Of a stretch of 64,000 nt of DNA, positions 57,302 to 64,000 are shown piece after piece. Position 1 is the stretch's first letter; every line of letters begins with the position of its first letter. The DNA comes from Chitinophagales bacterium. GTDB taxonomy: Bacteria > Bacteroidota > Bacteroidia > Chitinophagales > UBA10324. The stretch lies in the NCBI GenBank assembly GCA_039810885.1, contig JBDHXV010000004.1:1414-65413 (forward strand), written 5' to 3'. The notes below the pieces were generated by a model, which worked only from the letters and a program-made list of their open reading frames with translations, did no database searches and was not told where the DNA came from. A program made the position numbers and the translations under genes.

Positions 57302-58246
57302 TTGAACTTCATCAGAGATCATATACATAATCCTACTTATCAGTACTTATTTTTTGCGCTGATTATTATGTTCTCTTTGATACTCGATATTCTTTTTGTA
57401 AAGAAGAAGAATAACACTGGTATGAGTTTCGGGCAGGCCTTACTTCAAAGTATTGCTTGGGTTGGATTAGCCGTTGTTTACGGATTTATCATCTTTTTAG
57501 AGAAGGGGCAAACAGCTACTGCAGAATATTTTTCTGCTTATATCATGGAATATTCCCTATCAATGGATAACATATTCGTCTTTATTCTCATTCTTAAATT
57601 CTTTCGAATCTCAGATAAGCATTATGCCATTGTATTGTTTTGGGGAATTCTGGCTGCAATACTCTTGCGAATAGCTTTTATCGTGATTGGTGCTGCCCTT
57701 GTCAGTCAAGCTCAGTGGATTCTTTATGTGTTTGGGGCCATTTTAATCTATACAGGATATAAACTATTTGTTACTAAAGAAGAAGAAGGATATGACCCTT
57801 CGAAAAGTTGGATTTTAAAACTGCTGAATAAATATTTACCTATTACAGATAGCGAAGGTGGCGGCAAGTTTTTTATTCGTGAAAAAGGAAAACGACTTGC
57901 TACACGGTTATTCGTGGTAATTATTATTATCTCTACAACTGATATCATATTTGCCTTAGATAGCATTCCCGCAGCCTTTGCTATTACACAAGATACGATG
58001 GTCATTCTCACTTCTAACATTTTTGCAGTTATCGGATTAAGAGCTATGTTTTTTATGTTGAGTAATGCTGTATCTAAATTTCGTTTTTTACATCATGGAA
58101 TTTCTGTAGTATTAATCTTTATAGGCGTAAAAATGCTGATTCAAATTTTCGATGTACACCTAAGTACAGAGTGGTCTTTATTAATTATTATCCTCACTTT
58201 GACCCTTTCTATTCTTTTATCCTTAGTCGTAAAAGAGAAGAAGTAG
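57302..58246 (+). CDS. TerC family integral membrane protein
   Basis: MEYSLSMDNIFVF and TDIIFALDSIPA motif pair. The start is uncertain: TTG 57302, or ATG 57369 (MFSLILD). Confidence 0.8.
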   Translation: MNFIRDHIHNPTYQYLFFALIIMFSLILDILFVKKKNNTGMSFGQALLQSIAWVGLAVVYGFIIFLEKGQTATAEYFSAYIMEYSLSMDNIFVFILILKFFRISDKHYAIVLFWGILAAILLRIAFIVIGAALVSQAQWILYVFGAILIYTGYKLFVTKEEEGYDPSKSWILKLLNKYLPITDSEGGGKFFIREKGKRLATRLFVVIIIISTTDIIFALDSIPAAFAITQDTMVILTSNIFAVIGLRAMFFMLSNAVSKFRFLHHGISVVLIFIGVKMLIQIFDVHLSTEWSLLIIILTLTLSILLSLVVKEKK

Positions 58247-58483
58247 TATCGGTCGTATAACTCTATAATCAAGTTAGGGTTTCTAAAGTATTAATTAAGG
58301 TTCATTCTGAATTCGAATACCCTAGAGAAAAGTTGCAAAGTCATTCTTGTATTCCTTAATGGATATGAATAACAAATTCAGAATAGATCTGTTTCTATTT
58401 TTCAGAACACTTTAAACATAAATTAATTTCTCATCGAAATAAGGATGATGCAGTCCGAGATAATAGCTTAAATAAAACAATTA

Positions 58484-59458
58484 TCATTTCTTTTCGATGA
58501 TAAACATGAGGTCAGGGCCGAAATTACTTTTATCTCTAAATAGCAATTCTATACTGCCAATCCAGTAAAAGATATTCCTAAGCATAACACGCTTCCAATC
58601 TAAGATGTGGGGCGATGGGTATTGATAACAATGCCCAACAAGGCTTGGCCAAATCGGCGGGTGAATAGGTAGGGGAATCATTCTTTTTTTAACCCTGAAT
58701 CCACAAGACTCTGCCATTTTTTTAAATGTGCTGGGGGTATAATGTGCCACGTGTTCGCAGCAATCCCATATATCGATACCGTTGTCTTTAGCGGTTAGCT
58801 TAGCAAGTTTCATCTTTAATTTATTGTAATCGCCATTGGGCACCTTAATAACGATAATACCATCTGGTTTCAATAACTCAGAACATGTTTTTAGTAATGC
58901 TTTAGGTATAGCCACGTGTTCAAACACATCAATCAAGGTAATGATGTCGTAACTCTCTTTGGGCAAATTTGCATCTTCCAAGAAGGCACAATGAATTTTT
59001 AGATTCCATTGCTCAACTGCAATCTTGGTTAACGAGGGGCTTGGCTCAACTCCTTCCGTGTCAAAGCCCATATTTCTGGCTATTCTCAAAAAGAAGCCCA
59101 TATTGGCTCCTACATCCAGAAGCTTTCCTTTGGTTTTGATTTTTTTAATTTCATTAAGTTGGTTGGTGTAATTTTTATCTCTATGGTGAGGCTTCTTTCC
59201 TTTGAAGATTAATGCAGCTTCATTGTAAAATGTATCTGCATCACCAAAATAATTTTCTTCAGAATTTTTTGCTCTTGGGTTTGTATAAATAAGATCACAC
59301 CTTTTGCATTGTACTACTTGTAAGCCCTTATCGTCATCAATTTTAAAGAAGTCTTCACTTCCACAAAGCGGGCAAAGGCAATATTCTCTTTCATCTTCCG
59401 CATAGTAACTTTTTTGTGTGCCTCCGCGGATATAATCATCTGATGTTACGTTCTCCAT
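58484..59458 (-). CDS. class I SAM-dependent methyltransferase with an N-terminal zinc ribbon
   Basis: CPLCGS...CKRCDLIY, then LLDVGANMGFF (motif I) and LKPDGIIVIKVPN. Confidence 0.7.
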   Translation of the reverse strand: MENVTSDDYIRGGTQKSYYAEDEREYCLCPLCGSEDFFKIDDDKGLQVVQCKRCDLIYTNPRAKNSEENYFGDADTFYNEAALIFKGKKPHHRDKNYTNQLNEIKKIKTKGKLLDVGANMGFFLRIARNMGFDTEGVEPSPSLTKIAVEQWNLKIHCAFLEDANLPKESYDIITLIDVFEHVAIPKALLKTCSELLKPDGIIVIKVPNGDYNKLKMKLAKLTAKDNGIDIWDCCEHVAHYTPSTFKKMAESCGFRVKKRMIPLPIHPPIWPSLVGHCYQYPSPHILDWKRVMLRNIFYWIGSIELLFRDKSNFGPDLMFIIEKK

Positions 59459-59555
59459 TTTTTATTTTGTACAAGCTGTTTTATCTGATTTTAAAAACCT
59501 TTCTCTCTTAAAAAGGCGAGTATTTTTTTTTGCCGTCTAATAGGGAAAAGCCCCC

Positions 59556-59563
59556 CAAATATA
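59556..59563 (-). promoter_or_regulatory. candidate -7 box (TATATTTG on minus strand), 97 nt upstream of ATG 59458
   Basis: Plus strand reads CAAATATA. A T9 run (59523-59531) lies in the putative leader. Confidence 0.4.
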
Positions 59564-59708
59564 GCATCATCGTATAATAAGAATGTCTTGTGTGAGGATT
59601 GAATCTCATTATTTTCGTTTATGCATCATAGCACATTGTTCATCATAATTGGGTGGCACATCTTAGTGGTTTAAAGATCGCTTAATCTTGATTCTGTTTT
59701 ATTAACTC

Positions 59709-60572
59709 TTATTCGCTTGTATGGTCTCTTGAGGTTTTATTTTTTAGTGAAATAGTAACAAACGATGCCATTACAAATGGGAATGTTAACTGAGTGATGT
59801 TATGGTATGATAGAAATAAACTGATTATAACGGATAATAACACAGAGGTAATTGCCCAAATTATGTTTTTGGAACTTACTCCCGAAAAAGTGATGGCACA
59901 CAGTACTGCATTGTAGCCAAACAGCCCCATGCTTATTGCTTGTTGTGGTGCGCCAAGATTTTCTGATACCAGTGTTGCTATTAATGCCCCTGCCACACCA
60001 TAGAATGCTGCAAGCGGAGATTGTATAAAAACAGCAATAATAAAAATAATGCTTGATACAATGCTCTCTTGAAAGATAACTTGTCCATAGCTTCTGATGA
60101 CTCCCGTGGAGAGGTTACTGGTCGAAGTTAATGTCGCTGCTGCAATAGTGTGATTAGGGAAATAAAATTCTATGCAATAAATAATTACCCACGTCACGCC
60201 CACAAATGGAAGCGTAAATATTGGTATCTTCCTTTTAAGAAAGAAATGTTGAATAATGGTCGCTGTTGAAGCCCCTGTTAAAACCAGGAACCAAAGTAAG
60301 AACTCATGTTTAATAAACACGGGCAGTGCTACACCAACTAATGCGGCACTAAATCCATAAAGACCGCGTGCTGTTTCATCTTTATTATATTTTAATAAAA
60401 TGGCAGTAAGTGTGCCGCAACCGGCAGCAAATAGCATCATTAATCCCATCAGCACTGAACCATATAAAACGCCAATAAAAAATAATACTCCTGTAAAAGC
60501 ATTTTCTTGAAGCATAATTTGCCCCACTCCTCTGAATATAGTTTTTGCTATGTGGAGCAGCCTCTCTTTCAC
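59709..60572 (-). CDS. urea transporter (UT/SLC14) family channel protein
   Basis: Internal two-fold repeat: RGVGQIMLQENAFTGVLFFIGVL versus RSYGQVIFQESIVSSIIFIIAVF. Paired signature motifs GLYGFSAALVG and GLFGYNAVLCA. Polytopic. GTG start. Confidence 0.7.
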   Translation of the reverse strand: MKERLLHIAKTIFRGVGQIMLQENAFTGVLFFIGVLYGSVLMGLMMLFAAGCGTLTAILLKYNKDETARGLYGFSAALVGVALPVFIKHEFLLWFLVLTGASTATIIQHFFLKRKIPIFTLPFVGVTWVIIYCIEFYFPNHTIAAATLTSTSNLSTGVIRSYGQVIFQESIVSSIIFIIAVFIQSPLAAFYGVAGALIATLVSENLGAPQQAISMGLFGYNAVLCAITFSGVSSKNIIWAITSVLLSVIISLFLSYHNITQLTFPFVMASFVTISLKNKTSRDHTSE

Positions 60573-60608
60573 AAGGTTGTTTGTTGTTGAATGTGATTTC
60601 TAAAAAAA

Positions 60609-61493
60609 CTATTTCAGTAATTTATAATTCTTATATTCTCCGATATGCCAGCCAAGTTTTTTGTAGATGGTATTAAGAACTTGCCTTCTAAAAGATTCTT
60701 TTTTTGTCTTTGTGGGATCGAAAGAAAATTTCCAGTTCAAACGCTTCAGTCGCTCTGTCATCACTTTCGGATGCGTGCCCTTGAAGTGCTCCACAGAATC
60801 AATGATTGAATAATCAAATTCTTCAACCACAGGTATATTCTTTTTTACCCATTCATCATCGTGCCACATCTTGTGAAACTCAAGTTGTTTCTTCTGCATA
60901 ATATCCGGAGCCTTAACCCACCCATAGTGATAAATGCAGGCGTCAACATATTTAACATTGAGTTTCCCATCATTTCCCTTTCTGAAACTCATGGCATCTT
61001 TATATGAATAGATATCTTTTCTGTTGCGCACTACTCGTATCTCTTTCTTCTGCCAATGCCTCGCATCTGCTATGTAATCGTAAGAGCCATAAAAGTTAAG
61101 ATGGTCGAAAACGAATCCATCTACTTGCATGTCGTCTTTATATTGAATCATTGCATGCTTAATGTTGTCCAAATATTTCTCGTGTATCACCTCATCTCCC
61201 TGGATATAAAAAGCCCAGTCAACATCGGATGATATAGCATGAAAAGCTTTGTTTGTTTCAACTGCAAGTACCCGCCCGCCTTCTCGCAACGTATCATCCC
61301 ATACGGTTTCTATAATCTTCATCTTGGGAGAGTTTATGGACTTGACATAGTTTAACGTATCATCGTCAGAACGACCAACTGCAAGCACGAATTCATCGCA
61401 TACCGGCAGTATGGAAAGGATAGCTTCAAGAATAGGATAATCATATTTCACAGCATTTCGTATAAAAGAGAAGCCGGATACTTTTACTGCCAT
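60609..61493 (-). CDS. GT-A-like glycosyltransferase family protein
   Basis: The N-terminus VSGFSFIRNAVKYDYPILEAILSILPVCDEFVLAVG and YIQGDEVIHE resemble a Bacteroidota/Leptospira group annotated as GT2. Recollection only. Confidence 0.5.
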   Translation of the reverse strand: MAVKVSGFSFIRNAVKYDYPILEAILSILPVCDEFVLAVGRSDDDTLNYVKSINSPKMKIIETVWDDTLREGGRVLAVETNKAFHAISSDVDWAFYIQGDEVIHEKYLDNIKHAMIQYKDDMQVDGFVFDHLNFYGSYDYIADARHWQKKEIRVVRNRKDIYSYKDAMSFRKGNDGKLNVKYVDACIYHYGWVKAPDIMQKKQLEFHKMWHDDEWVKKNIPVVEEFDYSIIDSVEHFKGTHPKVMTERLKRLNWKFSFDPTKTKKESFRRQVLNTIYKKLGWHIGEYKNYKLLK

Positions 61494-61495
61494 AG

Positions 61496-62251
61496 TTATT
61501 TATTTGATTTGTCTCCTCTGAATATTGACTCAAGTAACGTTGGTTGAAAATAATAACCACTTACCTTATTCTTAAAGCTTCGCAGCGTTGTTTTAGGAGT
61601 TATTTCAATTCTGCGAATCTGAAAGAGATCATTCATAAATTGCTTGGGGCCCGTATTTGTTGATACGGCATAAGCATAACCTGATTTTTTTGTTATATCT
61701 TTTACTCTTTCGTTAAGGCCCCCAAACGGGTAGGCAAAACTCGTCACTTTCTTTTTTAATAGTTGCTCGATATCATCTTTACATCCGGTAATTTCATTTA
61801 TTAGTTGCTTATCATCGCACTTCGATAGATCGAGATGATTTCTTGTATGCCCTCCTATTTCTATTCCATAATCACATAGCTCCTTCAGTTGTTCTTTATT
61901 CATCAAGTGCACATTAGGTTCTCCCTCCGCTACTCCCCATTGATTGTAGGCTAGGCCTGTTACTAAATAGATTACTGCTTTAAACCCGTATCGTTTCAGT
62001 ATTGGGAACATCAAAGTATAATTGTCTGCATATCCATCATCAAAAGTGAGTATGACCTTATTATATAAATCCATTAACGGATCTTTATTAAGGTCCTCGA
62101 ATGTTATTGTTTGTATCCCACTTTCACTGAGATATCTCATTTGATTTTCAAATTCTGATTTTTGAATATAAATTTTATGTCTGCCAATAGCTGTCTCTTT
62201 TTCAACAATGCGATGATATAATAATACCGGCAGAGCAAACTTCTTATCCAT
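61496..62251 (-). CDS. polysaccharide deacetylase (NodB homology) family protein
   Basis: VLLYHRI, ILTFDDGYADNY, GGHTRNH and FAYPFG motifs. Confidence 0.8.
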   Translation of the reverse strand: MDKKFALPVLLYHRIVEKETAIGRHKIYIQKSEFENQMRYLSESGIQTITFEDLNKDPLMDLYNKVILTFDDGYADNYTLMFPILKRYGFKAVIYLVTGLAYNQWGVAEGEPNVHLMNKEQLKELCDYGIEIGGHTRNHLDLSKCDDKQLINEITGCKDDIEQLLKKKVTSFAYPFGGLNERVKDITKKSGYAYAVSTNTGPKQFMNDLFQIRRIEITPKTTLRSFKNKVSGYYFQPTLLESIFRGDKSNK

Positions 62252-62255
62252 ATTT

Positions 62256-62263
62256 CAAATATA
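62256..62263 (-). promoter_or_regulatory. candidate -7 box (TATATTTG on minus strand), only 4 nt upstream of ATG 62251
   Basis: Plus strand reads CAAATATA. It would imply a leaderless or near-leaderless mRNA. Confidence 0.4.
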
Positions 62264-62821
62264 TTGTTATCTTATGCATTAATGAGGGTACAAAATAATA
62301 ATATCTTTTTGCCTCATTCTGTATTCAGAGGAATTAATGTAGAATTTAACCTTTAATCTGATTCGAGATCTGATTGTTGATTTAGTATTCAACACCGGAT
62401 TATTACATTTATGCTTTTTATGCCGCAGTCTGTTGATGTTTCGTTTGTTGAATGTTACGGATATTCTGTTTTCTTCATCGCATTCTAACCTGTTCAAACC
62501 AGTTTAAATTCTATTTTAATTTAGGGGACATTGGCCATCTATGATGATTGCAGCATCTTATTCGTAAAGTATGAGCAACACTATACCCAACTCATCAGCC
62601 AGCTTTAGAGAGCAGCAATTTTATTTCGTAGTGCCTTTTTTCAAAATACCCGGTGCTATTTTACTGCACCGTGTTACTATGAGGTCATCATTAAAAATTG
62701 AGTAATAGGCGAAGCACATCTAATGTATCCTCTACGATAATTTACTTTACGCAGAATCCTGTCGTGAACTTATTCTTTTGTTTGAATGAGTTCTCCTCTA
62801 TGTTCTCTTTCCAAAAACGGT

Positions 62822-64000
62822 CTATCGAATTAATGTAATGTCTCCTTTGCCTTTCATTACACGACTATCACTAAAAGCCACACGATAATAATATACATAA
62901 ACACCCGAGTTGCAATTTTTGCCTTTATATGTGCCATCCCATCGGTCGTTAACATTATCAGAATAGAATACGCGATTGCCCCACCTATCAAAGATGTAGA
63001 ACTCAGACTTCTCGATCACCCCCGTGGTATAGAGTTTTATAAAATCGTTAACTGCATCGTTATTGGGAGTAAATACATTGGGAACAAAGACTTGGTTTGG
63101 AGGGCGCACATTCACTAACACGTTAGCTGTACTTGTACAACCATTCATATCGGTCATAACGACATTATATAAAATTGTATCGTTAGGTGTTGCAATCGGA
63201 TGAGCAATTGAATCATTATCCAAATAAAAATTGGGATACCATTTATAAAATACGCCACCGCTTGCCCCCAAGGTTACAGATTCACCTAAGATAATCGTAA
63301 TAGAGTCAAATGTGGTATTTACCTGAGTTACCGAGTTAACAACGATATAAGCCTGTATCGTTAAGGAGTCTATCCCGACACTATTAAATACTCTTAGGCT
63401 TACTGGATATACTCCGGGGTTATTGTAACATATATATGGCGGATTCTGCTGAGTAGAGAATGAGGGGACCCCGCCGGGGAAAGACCAATACCAACCTTGT
63501 GGATTGTCTGTGCTTTGATCGAAGAATTGTATGCAATCTCCTTCACAAATGGTTACATGAGATGCAGTAAACGCAGGGATGGGAGCTCCACAATTTGAAA
63601 CATTAATTGTCAGGCTGTATGTGCTGTCTAAGCCTGCCCCATCAGTAACAAGTAAGGTTGCCGTATAAACCCCTGGTGTTGTATAAACAACAGCCGGTGG
63701 AGCTTGTGCATTGAAAGATGCCGGTAATCCGCCGGCAAAGGTCCAACTCCAAGTTGTTGCATTTTGGCTTTGATCAGTAAATACCACCGAATCTCCTTTA
63801 CAAATATTTAAGGATGAAGCAGAAAACAGAGCTACCGGCACAGGGCAATTTTGTATGGTAACCTGATAAGCAGCCGTATCTGCGCCGCCATTGTCGGTTA
63901 CAATTAATTGAACTGTAAAAGTACCTGCAGTATTAAAATGTATCGCAGGCGGGGAGGCCCCGTTAAAACTGTTTGGAGTGCCTCCGGGGAAGGTCCAAGT
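62822..64000 (-). CDS. multi-PKD-domain cell-surface protein with a gliding-motility-associated C-terminal domain (T9SS type B sorting); N-terminus beyond window end
   Basis: The track 'M' at 63841 is a GTG. I translated the frame upstream by hand to 63961 (...GASPPAIHFNTAGTFTVQLIVTDNGGADTAAYQVTIQNCPV) with no stop, so it very likely runs to the window end. At least 3 PKD repeats. C-terminus FVPNVFTPNNDAVNDFIK...FDRWGNRVF...WDGTYKGK...GVYVYY. Confidence 0.8.
   Translation of the reverse strand, partial: TWTFPGGTPNSFNGASPPAIHFNTAGTFTVQLIVTDNGGADTAAYQVTIQNCPVPVALFSASSLNICKGDSVVFTDQSQNATTWSWTFAGGLPASFNAQAPPAVVYTTPGVYTATLLVTDGAGLDSTYSLTINVSNCGAPIPAFTASHVTICEGDCIQFFDQSTDNPQGWYWSFPGGVPSFSTQQNPPYICYNNPGVYPVSLRVFNSVGIDSLTIQAYIVVNSVTQVNTTFDSITIILGESVTLGASGGVFYKWYPNFYLDNDSIAHPIATPNDTILYNVVMTDMNGCTSTANVLVNVRPPNQVFVPNVFTPNNDAVNDFIKLYTTGVIEKSEFYIFDRWGNRVFYSDNVNDRWDGTYKGKNCNSGVYVYYYRVAFSDSRVMKGKGDITLIR

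Noticed and set aside
57291-57368. yybP-ykoY manganese riboswitch upstream of the TerC-family gene
   Set aside because: At most about 78 nt is available, and only 11 nt if the TTG start is used. I saw no conserved four-way-junction-like pairing.
58247-58483. Possible sRNA or terminator in the 237-nt convergent spacer after the TerC gene
   Set aside because: I found only short, interrupted pairings (TAGGGT/ACCCTA with a 40-nt loop, and TTCTGAATT/AATTCAGAA far apart). Nothing supports a specific call.
62279-62497. 72-aa minus-strand ORF in the long spacer
   Set aside because: It has a TTG start and a K/R/N-rich low-complexity product, with no promoter box positioned for it. It is probably non-coding, and the region is reported as a spacer finding instead.

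Overview
This 64 kb window looks like an ordinary, densely packed chromosomal segment of a gliding, T9SS-bearing Bacteroidota genome, not an accessory island. Phylum evidence: gldA-gldF-gldG, Por_Secre_tail-type and CHU_C-type C-terminal sorting domains, no Shine-Dalgarno motifs before start codons, and TAnnTTTG -7 boxes upstream of many transcription units. GC is roughly 40% by eye (not computed). I support about 58 protein genes, including one edge-truncated gene at each end, and 2 tRNAs (Gly-GCC, Leu-TAA). I also list several hairpins and terminators, 15 candidate promoters, and one in-gene tandem repeat. Recognisable content is mostly housekeeping:
- Translation, cell division and DNA repair: rny, zapA, pheT, mutS, tadA, rsmI.
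- Metabolism and lipid or envelope enzymes: tdk, gpsA, purS, pssA, lnt, waaA, hutH, an arginine decarboxylase.
- Other: peptidases, a TolC/adaptor pair, an 8-gene nucleotide-sugar cluster, and gliding ABC genes.

I saw no transposase, integrase, CRISPR array, restriction-modification, toxin-antitoxin or phage genes, and I cannot point to a clear defence island. The best candidates for undescribed biology are moderate, association-based leads:
1. A urea-transporter-family channel inside a deacetylase/GT/methyltransferase cluster, with no urease in the window.
2. A translationally coupled three-gene operon of unrecognisable outer-membrane proteins upstream of hsp20.
3. A CxxC lipoprotein, a 527-aa barrel and a divergent TlpA.
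4. A small T9SS-tagged protein paired with an 835-aa fibre-like repeat protein whose two 159-nt repeats show a sharply mosaic identity pattern.
5. A YjgR-like ATPase, ClsB-like PLD and lipoprotein string.

Several ORF-track starts use TTG or GTG. I moved them to nearby ATGs where a signal peptide or promoter box supports it.
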